Shown piece after piece: positions 20,800 to 30,670 of a stretch of 64,000 bases of DNA. The translations under genes and the position numbers were made by a program. The number at the start of each line of letters is the position of its first letter. Position 1 is the first letter of the stretch. The stretch is from a virus. The notes beneath the pieces are model-generated. The model was not told the DNA's origin. It ran no database searches and saw nothing but the letters and a program-made list of their open reading frames with translations. The stretch lies in the IMG/VR virus record IMGVR_UViG_3300021256_000097; one strand, 5' to 3'.

Positions 20800-21044
20800 T
20801 GGCAAGAGAAAAGAAGATTGTAGAAATAGTAGACATGGTATTAGTAAACCATGCTGAAGTTGGCGATATTCCATTGATTTATTATCAGGATAAATTCTAT
20901 GAAGCCGCTTTTACTCTTAAGCTTTCACAGCAGGTAGACGTTTCAAGTATTAAGGGTGTATATTTCCCTTCTAAAAAAGGCATGGAACTTCTGAGTGTAA
21001 AAGACTTCGCAAAAAAATATAAGAACGTTAAAGCATTAAGCTAA
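20799..21044 (+). CDS. Hypothetical small protein, coupled to the AAA+ gene (TAATG)
   Basis: Overlapping stop and start. Confidence 0.45.
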   Translation: MAREKKIVEIVDMVLVNHAEVGDIPLIYYQDKFYEAAFTLKLSQQVDVSSIKGVYFPSKKGMELLSVKDFAKKYKNVKALS

Positions 21045-21060
21045 GGGATAAGTAGTTAGA

Positions 21061-22713
21061 ATGAACGCAAGAGCTAAACGTATTGCTAAAAAAATTAAAG
21101 AGCCTCTCGTAGTTAAAGACCCATCATTGTTAGATGCTGCTGAAGCAGAAATGGCAAAATTGGTATGGGTTCCAATTGAGGATGATTTCCCTCCAATGAA
21201 AATGGCTTTTGCAACTAAAACTAATGATAACTGCTATAAAGTTTTTGTAAATAATAAGATTCCTGAAAGGTACCGAAACCAGTTTAAGTTGCATGAGTAT
21301 GGTCATATTCTTTTCGGACACCTCTTAGATCTTGATGAAAATAATCAGCAGCTAAAACATAAGTTTACGCAGTTTTGGCCAAAGATTAAAAAGCATATTG
21401 AGCTTGAGCCAGAAGATGAAAATAAAGATATTTTGGATATATTCCAAAAATATTTACTTCCCGTTCAGAATCTTTTTGAAAACTACGCTATGGATATGGA
21501 AGTAAACTCTAAGCTCTTTACCAATGCTGCTGAAAGAAAACAAATGCGTGAAATTACAAGTATTGCCTTAGTATTAGCAATACTTAATGATGACTCTACT
21601 TCAGACAGTGTACTTGACCAAATTGAGGACCATATAAAGAATAAGCCTGATGAGCCACATGCTAAGCCAATTTATCCAGAAGACTATGGTTTTCCAGATA
21701 AGAAGTCTTTCACTGAATATCTTGATTTAATGTTCTTAAATCTCGATAAGTTTATGGACTTGCTAAAGCAACAAGCTAAGGACCTGGACCTAGGTCCTTC
21801 TAATGGTAATTCTGGTAATAATGGCGATGGCGATGGTGGTAGCGGATCTAAGCTCTCACTAGAAGAAATCGAAGCATTAAGAAAAGCAGCTAATGCATCT
21901 GATACTGATAAAGAAGAAAATAATAAAATTGCTGAAAAAGCAGGCCATGGAGAAGGTGCGGATGACTTTAGTGATGGTGACAGTGAAAGTGAAGACTCTG
22001 ACCCAGCTGATGGTGAAGGTGCTGGTAGCGGCTGGACAGGCAATAGAGGCTTTGGTGCAGTAGGGCATGGTCACAAAGAAGAAGTTATCGAGTTAGGCAA
22101 TGGTAAATCCCTAGCTAAATATTTAGAAAAAGAAGTATTTTCTAAGCATGTAAGTAACACTCGTGTAAATGAAATGTATTACTATAATCGTAGAAAATAT
22201 GGCGATAAAGATGTTGTTGCGAAGTTGACAAAAGAAGAGCTTTATAGGCCAGGAAATCTTATCCTTGTAATTGACTGTTCTGGCTCAATTGATAAGAAAG
22301 CAATTAGAATTATGATTAGCGTAATTCGTCAGCTTTCTAAAAAGTGTGGGCCAAGATCAAGAGTAATTTGGTGGGATACAAGATTATGTGGCGATACATT
22401 TTTGAGACAGGAACAGGAGCCTTGTAGTGGAGGATGTACTGATATTGCTGGTGGTATTAAATATGCTGCTGAGCATTATCTTAAGCATTCCAATGATAAA
22501 CTTGTAGTTATTAGCGATTATTGTGATACGCTTTCTAGATGGCTAGAGGAAGCTGAAAAGTTTAAGAATGACATTATTGGTATTGGATGGACATATCAAG
22601 CGTCAGGATCTGTTAGTGAATTTATTCGTAGCAACTACTGGACAGGGTCTGTTGATGCTGATAAGTTTATGAAACGAATTCGTACTAAAATCGTTAGAAT
22701 AGATAATAGATAG
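21061..22713 (+). CDS. Metallopeptidase-like (HEYGH) N-domain plus a C-terminal von Willebrand A domain
   Basis: HEYGHILFGH (HExxH) and LVIDCSGS MIDAS motif. An acidic G/D/S-rich linker separates them. It sits next to the MoxR-like ATPase. Confidence 0.65.
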   Translation: MNARAKRIAKKIKEPLVVKDPSLLDAAEAEMAKLVWVPIEDDFPPMKMAFATKTNDNCYKVFVNNKIPERYRNQFKLHEYGHILFGHLLDLDENNQQLKHKFTQFWPKIKKHIELEPEDENKDILDIFQKYLLPVQNLFENYAMDMEVNSKLFTNAAERKQMREITSIALVLAILNDDSTSDSVLDQIEDHIKNKPDEPHAKPIYPEDYGFPDKKSFTEYLDLMFLNLDKFMDLLKQQAKDLDLGPSNGNSGNNGDGDGGSGSKLSLEEIEALRKAANASDTDKEENNKIAEKAGHGEGADDFSDGDSESEDSDPADGEGAGSGWTGNRGFGAVGHGHKEEVIELGNGKSLAKYLEKEVFSKHVSNTRVNEMYYYNRRKYGDKDVVAKLTKEELYRPGNLILVIDCSGSIDKKAIRIMISVIRQLSKKCGPRSRVIWWDTRLCGDTFLRQEQEPCSGGCTDIAGGIKYAAEHYLKHSNDKLVVISDYCDTLSRWLEEAEKFKNDIIGIGWTYQASGSVSEFIRSNYWTGSVDADKFMKRIRTKIVRIDNR

Positions 22714-22717
22714 ATTT

Positions 22718-22749
22718 AAGCCGGTATTTTCTACCGGCTATTTTTTTGC
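22718..22749 (+). terminator. Intrinsic terminator
   Basis: aagccggta...taccggctt hairpin plus T7. Confidence 0.65.
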
Positions 22750-22769
22750 TAATTTAAACTGGAGGAAAT

Positions 22770-23309
22770 ATGAAAGAGTTATACATTCGTGCGGGCAACT
22801 CCAGCGATACTAAAAGAGTACTGATTATTGGAGAAGAAGATATTTTAGGTGCCCGAGATAATTCAGGATATAAACCAAGTAAAGGACAAATATTTGAAAG
22901 CCTTATAGAAATTGATCCATATTCAGGCGGAAAAGATCTAACATATGTACATGTCACACCCAATATAAAATTGGATACAAATCTTTATTCTAGAGACTAT
23001 GATGTTCATAAGTTTATAAAACGCTCCTGCAAAGATTTAGTAAAATGGGACGGTGAAGCAGATGAAGGATTAGTACGGTCTAGAGAAGCTTTTATTGTAA
23101 AAGATGGCCTTGATGTGGATAAAGTTGCTAAAGAACTTTATAATAGAATTGAAAAAGAAATTCATTATAAAACTGTATCCGAGGCCGTATTTGAAGAGAT
23201 TAAAAGAAAAACTGTGGAAGAAGTTAAAAAACAGTATCACCTAGATGACTTGGAAAAGTCTTTAAGGCTACTTAAGGATTTAACTAAAATAGCAAAAACA
23301 TTAAGATAA
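22770..23309 (+). CDS. Hypothetical protein
   Basis: GGAGG RBS. Confidence 0.5.
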   Translation: MKELYIRAGNSSDTKRVLIIGEEDILGARDNSGYKPSKGQIFESLIEIDPYSGGKDLTYVHVTPNIKLDTNLYSRDYDVHKFIKRSCKDLVKWDGEADEGLVRSREAFIVKDGLDVDKVAKELYNRIEKEIHYKTVSEAVFEEIKRKTVEEVKKQYHLDDLEKSLRLLKDLTKIAKTLR

Positions 23310-23486
23310 ATAAAAGGGACAGTTCTGCTGTCCCTTCTTTTTTGTTCTCGTTATTATATTGATATCTAGAAAATGCTGATGTTGTAATTGGTGGAATGTA
23401 ACTAATTTAAACATCTCAACAGGGACATTAGTGCCCAGATATCACTTTAATGGAGTCATAGTACTCAAAAATAGGAGAACAAAAAC

Positions 23487-24971
23487 ATGGCAGATTATTC
23501 TGTTGCTAGCAACGATGCATTCGCTGCATTTGTTAAAAAGTCTGAAGAGGAAGAAGCAAAACTTCAGGCAAAATCTTCCGGAAATGGCGGCAAGTCATTT
23601 ACTTATGAAACTCAGCAGTGGGTAGGTCTTGATCAGGGACAGGCTCACATCCTTCGCTTAGTTGGCAATCCACCAGAATCACTTACACCTGGCTTTAAGG
23701 CTGGCCCTTATGATGCTCACGAAATCTACTTTGAAACAATCAAAGATGATAACGGTGACCGTATGCAGCTTCGTCTTCCTTGTCATGCAGAAGACATTAA
23801 TGATGAACACATTATGTGGCGTATCATCAATAAGGTAAAGGAAGTTGATTGGGTTGATGATCCAGCAAATCCAGGAAAACGTAAGAGAATTCCAAAGCAC
23901 GAAAAGACTTTGGTATATGACAAGATTACACACGGCGGTTTTAACCCAGCAGACCCAAAAGAAGCAGATTCATATCGCTATTCAAAAGGTTGGTCCGGAC
24001 AGCAGGTAACAATTATGAATGTTATCGACCGTGAAGACGACTGGTGTAAAACAAATAAGCATACAAAGCTTTTGTCAAAGAAAGTTTCATATAAAGACGG
24101 CGTTGCTTACCCTACAGTAGGTGTTCCTTCATACGGATTCCTTTCAACACTTAAGAAGCTTGTAAAGGTTTATGGTAGTTGGGAAAACTACGACGTTCAA
24201 GTTGTAAAAACTGGACAGATGAATACGCCTTATGAAGTAAAGAACGCTTCATATTACAAGAGTGTAGGTGTTCCTGAAATTGATCAGTCTAAGCTTGAGT
24301 ATATCTCACTTGACCAGTCACTTACAGCAGAAGAAAAAGCTTACGAACGTTATGATATTGCAAAGTTCTATTCACCAACATCTTACAAGAACTTGAAAGA
24401 GCGTCTTGGAAAAACAATCCAGGAAGTTGACTCAACATTCAACACACACTTCTATCAGGAACTTGTTTCTCTCGCAGAAAAAGAAGAAGCTGAAAGAAAA
24501 GCAGCTCAGGAAGAAGAAGCAGCAAACAATCCTGCTCCAGAAGCCCAGACAGCTGCTCCTGTTTACACAGCAGTTTCTGATCCAGCGCCAATTGTTGAAT
24601 CTACTCCTGCTTACCAGCCAGCTTCAATTCAGCAGCCAGCTCAGGTAGCTCCAGTTGTGGAACCAGCAAAAGTTGCAGAACCTGTAAAAGTTGCAGAACC
24701 AGTAACTCCTGCACAACCAGCTGTAGCAACACGTAGTACAGTAAACATTGGTACATTAGCACCAAACAAAATTGCAGCTCTTAAGGGCTGGATGAAGCTT
24801 ACAGAAGCTCAGAAGGCTCAGATTAAGGATGTAGTTTTGGATGCAAATGGCGCAGTTACAAATGTTATTTATACAGAAAACGCTGCTCCACAGTGCAACT
24901 GTAACAATTGTATGATGCCATCACCACAGGATTTCTTATCTTGTCCAGTTTGCGGTGCTGACTTCGAATAG
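23487..24971 (+). CDS. ssDNA-binding protein, T4 gp32-like
   Basis: GQAHILRLVG resembles gp32 GQAVIRFLP. A P/A/Q-rich linker (PAPEAQTAAPVY...) and a C-terminal Cys cluster are present. Confidence 0.4.
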   Translation: MADYSVASNDAFAAFVKKSEEEEAKLQAKSSGNGGKSFTYETQQWVGLDQGQAHILRLVGNPPESLTPGFKAGPYDAHEIYFETIKDDNGDRMQLRLPCHAEDINDEHIMWRIINKVKEVDWVDDPANPGKRKRIPKHEKTLVYDKITHGGFNPADPKEADSYRYSKGWSGQQVTIMNVIDREDDWCKTNKHTKLLSKKVSYKDGVAYPTVGVPSYGFLSTLKKLVKVYGSWENYDVQVVKTGQMNTPYEVKNASYYKSVGVPEIDQSKLEYISLDQSLTAEEKAYERYDIAKFYSPTSYKNLKERLGKTIQEVDSTFNTHFYQELVSLAEKEEAERKAAQEEEAANNPAPEAQTAAPVYTAVSDPAPIVESTPAYQPASIQQPAQVAPVVEPAKVAEPVKVAEPVTPAQPAVATRSTVNIGTLAPNKIAALKGWMKLTEAQKAQIKDVVLDANGAVTNVIYTENAAPQCNCNNCMMPSPQDFLSCPVCGADFE

Positions 24972-24996
24972 GCTTTGAATCTTTAGGTTATTTATA

Positions 24997-25030
24997 GAAA
25001 GACGCGTTTGAGATGACGCGTCTTTTTTTA
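24997..25030 (+). terminator. Intrinsic terminator
   Basis: gacgcgt...acgcgtc hairpin plus T7. Confidence 0.65.
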
Positions 25031-25098
25031 TGCGCATCTACTCGGCCTAAGAATAAAATAAGCTAATATATAATAAATTAAATTATTGGAGTCTTAAA

Positions 25099-25569
25099 AT
25101 GGACAAAAGTTGGGATAAAACGTTTATTGAGATTGCAGAAAAATATGCTGAGCATAGCTCTTGTGCAAAGTATCATGTTGGCGCAATTATAACAAGAGAT
25201 AGACGAATTATTAGTTCGGGCTACAATGGGGTTCCTAGCGGCAAGCCACATTGTAATAGCATCTTTAAGAACATTAATTTCAAAGAAGATAAAGTAATGA
25301 GCGAAAAGCATCATGAATGGTCTCTTAAGAATGAAATTCATGCTGAAATGAATGCTATTGGATTTGCCGCAAAATATGAAGCTCTTACAAGAGATGCTAC
25401 AATCTATATTACTTTAGCGCCTTGCTTGAATTGTTCAAAGGCTATTATCGCAGCTGGTATTAAGCGTGTTGTATATAAAGAAGCTTATGCTAGAGAACCA
25501 GAATCTATAGAGTTCCTTAAGTCCGCAGGGGTGGAAGTTGTCTGCCTCGAAGAAACTGAGCAGCGTTAG
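25099..25569 (+). CDS. dCMP/cytidine deaminase (zinc-dependent)
   Basis: HAEMNAI and PCLNCSKAI motifs. Confidence 0.85.
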   Translation: MDKSWDKTFIEIAEKYAEHSSCAKYHVGAIITRDRRIISSGYNGVPSGKPHCNSIFKNINFKEDKVMSEKHHEWSLKNEIHAEMNAIGFAAKYEALTRDATIYITLAPCLNCSKAIIAAGIKRVVYKEAYAREPESIEFLKSAGVEVVCLEETEQR

Positions 25570-25608
25570 TATAATATATAGAAATACTTAATTTGGGAGA
25601 AATTAAAA

Positions 25609-26637
25609 TTGGATTTATCGACTACTATAAATAAGGTTTGGGGAAATACTATTCAGAGTAAACAACCCATTTGGGCTACAAAAGAGATTATTGCAAAAGC
25701 AAATGATCTTTCGAAGAGAAATATAAGAGGAAATCTTGCTAAGTTTGTAAAACCTACAAATATTAGAATGTTTCCTGATGGTGGAATGGATGACCCACTT
25801 TTCGTAGATAGAAACGTTCGTCGTTATGGTACAGACATTTACTTTTTGGATGCAATTGATGATGAAACACAGTTGATTCTTCAGGTAATGCTTAAGCAAG
25901 CACAGGCTGAGTTCCTTGGTGACCATGTGCAGGATATTCTTACACAGACACTTTCTGATACAGTTACTATTCATTTGAATTCGCCAGGTGGATACGCTTA
26001 CTGTGGACTTGCACTCTATGATTTTATTAAGCAGATGCAGGTACCAGTTACTTGTGTAGTTGAAGGTTCTTGTGCATCAGCTGCCACACTTATATTGCTT
26101 GCTTGTGAAGAACGTCATATGCTTGATAACTCAGTATTCTTGATGCATCAGTGCTCTTGGGGCGCTTGGGGTGAAAATCGTTATATGCAGGATGAAGCAG
26201 AAAATAGCCGTAAGCTTATGTCTCGCCTCCGCAAAATTTATCTTGATGAAACAGAAATTGGAAAAGAGTATACTGATCCAAAAGAACGTGAAAGCTATAT
26301 TCAAGCTATTCTTGAACATGACAGATATTTCTCAAAAGAAGAATGTGAAAAGCTTGGTATCTTGAAATGTGATTGTGATGGTGAGCCACCACTTAGTGAA
26401 GCTTCAATTGCAAAGCTTAATGAGTTTGCTCAGAAGTTGTATGAGGAAGAACAGAAAGCTAAGGGAAAAGCTATACCAGCTAAAAAGGACGTAAAAGATA
26501 AAAAAGATACTAAAGAGAAAAAAGTTGATTCAGATGATGATGACAAACCAGCTAAAAAGCCTGGTAAGTCTAAAAAGACTGAAAAGGATTCAGTAGATAA
26601 AGATCCACCAGTTCGTAAGTCAACTAAAAAGGCTTAG
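25609..26637 (+). CDS. ClpP-family serine protease (possibly a prohead protease) with a K/D-rich C-terminal tail
   Basis: LNSPGG, GSCASAA (Ser) and FLMHQ (His) motifs. TTG start after GGGAG. Confidence 0.65.
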   Translation: MDLSTTINKVWGNTIQSKQPIWATKEIIAKANDLSKRNIRGNLAKFVKPTNIRMFPDGGMDDPLFVDRNVRRYGTDIYFLDAIDDETQLILQVMLKQAQAEFLGDHVQDILTQTLSDTVTIHLNSPGGYAYCGLALYDFIKQMQVPVTCVVEGSCASAATLILLACEERHMLDNSVFLMHQCSWGAWGENRYMQDEAENSRKLMSRLRKIYLDETEIGKEYTDPKERESYIQAILEHDRYFSKEECEKLGILKCDCDGEPPLSEASIAKLNEFAQKLYEEEQKAKGKAIPAKKDVKDKKDTKEKKVDSDDDDKPAKKPGKSKKTEKDSVDKDPPVRKSTKKA

Positions 26638-26640
26638 TTA

Positions 26641-26685
26641 AAAAAGTCCAGGTAGTTCAAAAAGTTACCTGGACTTTATTTTTGT
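26641..26685 (+). terminator. Intrinsic terminator
   Basis: gtccaggta...tacctggac hairpin plus a T-run. Confidence 0.65.
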
Positions 26686-26703
26686 AATGAACATATTATA
26701 GAT

Positions 26704-27000
26704 ATGAAGAAGAAAGAAAATACAGGCCTGACTTATGTACAGGCAGCTAGCATGATAAAAAGAAATCCATATGGAGTAGACTCAAAAGGTGGAAATGCGC
26801 CAAATCTCATTCGTCGTGACGATTGGACTGAAAATAAAGTCCTTACTATTGATAATAAGGGACAACTCCGTATGGCAGATGTAAGACTGAATCCGTCAAC
26901 AAAGAAGCATATGGTGCCTGAGTTTAACAGTCAGGTTACCGCGCGTGAAGACCTCTGGGCAACAGACTGGTGTTTCATTGATGCGGCAGATTATTTCTAA
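26704..27000 (+). CDS. Hypothetical protein
   Basis: Promoter core at 26691-26700. Confidence 0.45.
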   Translation: MKKKENTGLTYVQAASMIKRNPYGVDSKGGNAPNLIRRDDWTENKVLTIDNKGQLRMADVRLNPSTKKHMVPEFNSQVTAREDLWATDWCFIDAADYF

Positions 27001-27490
27001 TTTTCTCGATGATGAAGATAATCAGTTAGAACATCTAAATTTTGCTAGCACAACCGCGTATAAAAGCTTTTATAATTTCTATGATAAAAGCCTACAAATG
27101 TTTATGCCAGATTCACCTGCGGATTTTGCTTTTGTAAAAAAGTGGCTACAAACATTAGGCCTTGGAAAAGCTTTTAAAAAAGCTTTTAATGAAATTAAAA
27201 AAGTAGATGGAGAAGTAGCAGCATATAAGTTTGCTTCTTATGTTAAGGAATTACTAATCAAATGTTATCTAGTTGTTCATTGTCCTAATGAATATACTTA
27301 CCTTAATGAAAAGGCAGAAGAGCTATCTAAAATTAAACTCATGAAATTTATGAGAAGCCCCCTAATGCAAGAAGAAGCTAGTGACTTTCAATTAGAAAAA
27401 CTATTTGAACTTATAAAACTGATAAACTTTACATTTGATAAATACGCTTATAAATTTTTATTGAAACATGAGCACACAATTAAAGACTGA
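26945..27490 (+). CDS. Hypothetical protein in the +1 frame. It overlaps the 3' end of 26704..27000 and has no RBS of its own.
   Basis: ORF track. The start is unclear. Confidence 0.3.
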   Translation: MKTSGQQTGVSLMRQIISNFLDDEDNQLEHLNFASTTAYKSFYNFYDKSLQMFMPDSPADFAFVKKWLQTLGLGKAFKKAFNEIKKVDGEVAAYKFASYVKELLIKCYLVVHCPNEYTYLNEKAEELSKIKLMKFMRSPLMQEEASDFQLEKLFELIKLINFTFDKYAYKFLLKHEHTIKD

Positions 27491-27725
27491 ATTTGATTGG
27501 GTAAAGAAGAATAATATTATTGTGGTTTATAGTGACCACGCAAGATTCTTTAGGGATTCTTTGCTCTTTACCGAAGTTGACAAAAAAATAACGCCACATC
27601 AAGCAATAAAAATGAGTATTGCTGAGAATATTAAGATTGATCTAAGAATGCTTCCCTCTGATAAGAAAACATTTGTTAGTGAAATTTTAATTGGTCATGG
27701 CGTTTTAGCTGAAAATATAATTTAG
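27468..27725 (+). CDS. Hypothetical protein
   Basis: Overlapping coupled start. Confidence 0.4.
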   Translation: MSTQLKTEFDWVKKNNIIVVYSDHARFFRDSLLFTEVDKKITPHQAIKMSIAENIKIDLRMLPSDKKTFVSEILIGHGVLAENII

Positions 27726-27803
27726 AAAAAATTCTACGGAAGTTTTTTGACTTCCGTTTTTTTATTGACATATTATCTATAACATAACGCATAGGAGATA
27801 ATT

Positions 27804-28907
27804 ATGGACGAAATCAATGAAATCGTAAAAACATTGACAGAATGGCGGAATGCTTACTACAATGGTAGCCCAGTCGTATCAGACGCTGAGTTCGATGACC
27901 TTGAAGATAAGCTCAGACAGCTTGATCCAGATAACGAATACTTTAATGGAATTGGTGAAGATGAGCTGGATGGCTTTCCAAAAGCAAATCACACTATTCT
28001 TATGGGTAGCCAGGAAAAATGTAATACCGTTGAGGAAATTATCAAGAAGCTTAATCATTTTACTGGTAAAAAAGTTGCAATGCTTGTAGAGCCAAAATGT
28101 GATGGAATCAGTCTTGAATTGAACTACAAAGATGGAAAAGCAACAGCGCATATTACTCGTGGCAATGGTTATGTTGGTGATAACATTACTGTAAACGCTT
28201 CAAAAATGCAGGGTGTACCCGCGGGTATTCCTGTTTCGGAGGGTGTTGCTATTCGTGGCGAAATTATGCTGCTTCATTCTGATAAAGAAAAATATTTCCC
28301 AGAACTTAAGAACTGTCGTAATGGCGCTTCTGGTATTGCAAAGAATAAAGATGGAATCGGATGTGAGCATCTTACCGTTGTATGCTACGATTGCCAGTAT
28401 ACCGACGAGGATAAATCTTTCGGAACAGAAGCAAACAAACTCGACTTTCTTACTCAGTGTGGCTTTATGCGCGTAAATGCGGATATGGTTATTGCTGACT
28501 GTACAACTCCAGCTGGAATTAAAAAAGCTGCTGAAGATTTGATGGCAAAAATGAATGAGTTTACAATGACAGAACGTGAATATGACACTGATGGTGTTGT
28601 TGTTAAGCTCAACATTATCGATGACCACGATCTTCGTACAGAACTTCACCCAAAAACTCAGTGGGCCATTAAACCTGCTCGTGTAGAAGTTGAGACTACT
28701 CTTATCGATATTGAATGGAACATGACAAATGGTAGCCTGGTACCAGTAGCAATCTTTGAACCAGTTGTCCTGGATGGCGCAACAATCCAGCGTGCAAGCC
28801 TTGTAAATGTAGCAGAAATTGAACGTCTTGGCCTGTATATCGGCGCAAAGATTATGGTATCTCGAAGAAATCTTGTAATACCTAAAGTAGAGAGATTAGC
28901 TGCGTAA
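27804..28907 (+). CDS. ligA: NAD-dependent DNA ligase, N-terminal fragment (adenylation plus OB domain only)
   Basis: EPKCDGISLELNY (KxDG) and TRGNGYVGDNIT. It ends right after the OB-fold ...NLVIPKV, which matches LigA DVIPQV. Confidence 0.8.
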   Translation: MDEINEIVKTLTEWRNAYYNGSPVVSDAEFDDLEDKLRQLDPDNEYFNGIGEDELDGFPKANHTILMGSQEKCNTVEEIIKKLNHFTGKKVAMLVEPKCDGISLELNYKDGKATAHITRGNGYVGDNITVNASKMQGVPAGIPVSEGVAIRGEIMLLHSDKEKYFPELKNCRNGASGIAKNKDGIGCEHLTVVCYDCQYTDEDKSFGTEANKLDFLTQCGFMRVNADMVIADCTTPAGIKKAAEDLMAKMNEFTMTEREYDTDGVVVKLNIIDDHDLRTELHPKTQWAIKPARVEVETTLIDIEWNMTNGSLVPVAIFEPVVLDGATIQRASLVNVAEIERLGLYIGAKIMVSRRNLVIPKVERLAA

Positions 28908-28991
28908 GTTAAAAATAATTGCCAGAGTTCTATACTCTGGCTATTTATTTTACATATTATAATTGTTAACCTTATACAGAAGGAGGCAATT

Positions 28992-29333
28992 ATGTCTTAT
29001 GTTTTACCTAGAGAAATCGATGTAAAGATGCTTGCTGCAGTAGAGAAAGATAAGCAGGCTATTATCAAAGCTCTCTGGCCAAATGGCAGTTTTGATCCAG
29101 TACCAAATGAAGCTTTTGTAAAAAAATTCATGTCAATTAAGGACCCAATAAGACTCGCACGTCGTGCTAGAGCTTATGTATCTCTTGTTGGAAAGCCTTA
29201 TGTAAATGAAACCACTTTCACAAGCGAGTTTGCCTTGATAGTAAATCAGCTATGGAAAGCTGGATTTGATGGTCAGCAAATTCATGATATTGCACAAACA
29301 AAAGCTAATATTCCTGTTCTTATGAACATTTAG
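28992..29333 (+). CDS. Hypothetical protein
   Basis: Promoter 28952-28961 and a GGAGG RBS. Confidence 0.5.
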   Translation: MSYVLPREIDVKMLAAVEKDKQAIIKALWPNGSFDPVPNEAFVKKFMSIKDPIRLARRARAYVSLVGKPYVNETTFTSEFALIVNQLWKAGFDGQQIHDIAQTKANIPVLMNI

Positions 29334-29342
29334 GAGTTTAAT

Positions 29343-29876
29343 ATGAATCTTATCGTGGATAAGCCAAAATATTCTAATTGTCTCTTTGAAGCCATTAGGT
29401 ATAAGTGGAAAACACATGGTAAGATTTATTCACTTGATCGATTCTATCAGAATACCTTTTATAATGCACTTCGTAGAGATGACGAAGAAACTAACATACT
29501 TACCAAACATTACTTTGTAGTTACACCAGATTTTGAAAATGGTGAGATGGGGTATATTTACCAGTTTAAGTCAGCTAAGGCGAGAGTAAGGTTTCCTCTT
29601 CTTTTTAAGGGAAGCATTACAGCTATGTATAAAGATGATGGCTTTAATACCATGCTTTTCAATTTAGCTTGGGCCATGAATAAGCTTGGTTATTCAACAG
29701 AAGAGATTAAGAATAAAATTCTCGATTATGAAAATAAATGGCACTATAAATCTACTTTAGGAAGTCTTATTTGTAGAGGCATAAAAAAAGACTTGGAGCA
29801 AACTTATCGAGAAGCTTATCCAAGTCTTATTGCTGATTTAGAAGCAATTAAACTTACAATTGTGACGGTTTCCTAG
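29343..29876 (+). CDS. Hypothetical protein
   Basis: RBS plus ORF. Confidence 0.5.
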   Translation: MNLIVDKPKYSNCLFEAIRYKWKTHGKIYSLDRFYQNTFYNALRRDDEETNILTKHYFVVTPDFENGEMGYIYQFKSAKARVRFPLLFKGSITAMYKDDGFNTMLFNLAWAMNKLGYSTEEIKNKILDYENKWHYKSTLGSLICRGIKKDLEQTYREAYPSLIADLEAIKLTIVTVS

Positions 29877-30111
29877 AAGTATATGTTATTGTGCTATTAG
29901 GAAACTCTTTTTTAAGTTCAGCATATTTCTTTTTTGCTTCTGACTTAACATAGCTGCCTTTCTGTAAATTACCATCTACATAGAACAAATAAACACTTTC
30001 GAAATCATCATCTGGATTTCCAGTAATCTCGTGTCCATGTAAGCCTTTTTCAGCTGTAAGTTCTCTAAGGTGATTAGCCTTTTCGTAAATAGATTCAAAA
30101 ATTTTATCCAT
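29854..30111 (-). CDS. Possible minus-strand small protein
   Basis: ORF only. No clear RBS. Confidence 0.25.
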   Translation of the reverse strand: MDKIFESIYEKANHLRELTAEKGLHGHEITGNPDDDFESVYLFYVDGNLQKGSYVKSEAKKKYAELKKEFPNSTITYTSRKPSQL

Positions 30112-30178
30112 AATACATAATTAGCTTATACTTTCCAATTTTATTCTACATATTATAGATACTTAAAGGAGGAAGAAA

Positions 30179-30670
30179 GTGCTTAGAGAAGACGAAATTC
30201 AGATTATGCTCTATGCTATGAATCAGTATTGCGACGCAAACTTTATTGGTGAACGACGCCAGTATGCTAAGGCTTTCATAGCTGAGCTTGATCTTCAGAT
30301 TAACGCTGAATCATTCAGAAAAATAATTCAGGAAGTTGAGGAAAAATTTTCTAACAGAACTTTATGGGATGTTTACCGTAATGTTGCTATGAATCAGAAT
30401 TGGCCACTTAAAAAACATTTACGATGGGTTCACAATCACACTATTGATATGGACCTACTTTATACATATATGAATGACTTAATGCATAAAGAACTACCAA
30501 AAGCATGTTTTGACAATTTCGTTGTAAATTACCTTCAGCCTAAAGCTGAAACATACGTAAAGGTAATTGCGCCAGAAGCTGAAGCAGCTCGCGAAAAGTT
30601 GGAAGAAGCAAAGGATGAATCCAAGAGAGCATTGGAACGTGAAGAAGCATTTTTTAAGGGAGCCTATTGA
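30179..30670 (+). CDS. Hypothetical protein
   Basis: Promoter 30148-30157 and a GGAGG RBS. GTG start. Confidence 0.5.
   Translation: MLREDEIQIMLYAMNQYCDANFIGERRQYAKAFIAELDLQINAESFRKIIQEVEEKFSNRTLWDVYRNVAMNQNWPLKKHLRWVHNHTIDMDLLYTYMNDLMHKELPKACFDNFVVNYLQPKAETYVKVIAPEAEAAREKLEEAKDESKRALEREEAFFKGAY

Noticed and set aside
21684-22043. 119-aa minus-strand Pro/Ser-rich ORF
   Set aside because: It is antisense to the GGN/GAN-rich acidic linker of the vWA protein. It is a low-complexity artefact.
28200-28649. 149-aa minus-strand ORF inside the ligase N-fragment
   Set aside because: It lies antisense within a strongly supported CDS (LigA motifs), has no RBS, and is Phe/Ile/Cys-rich AT-frame noise.
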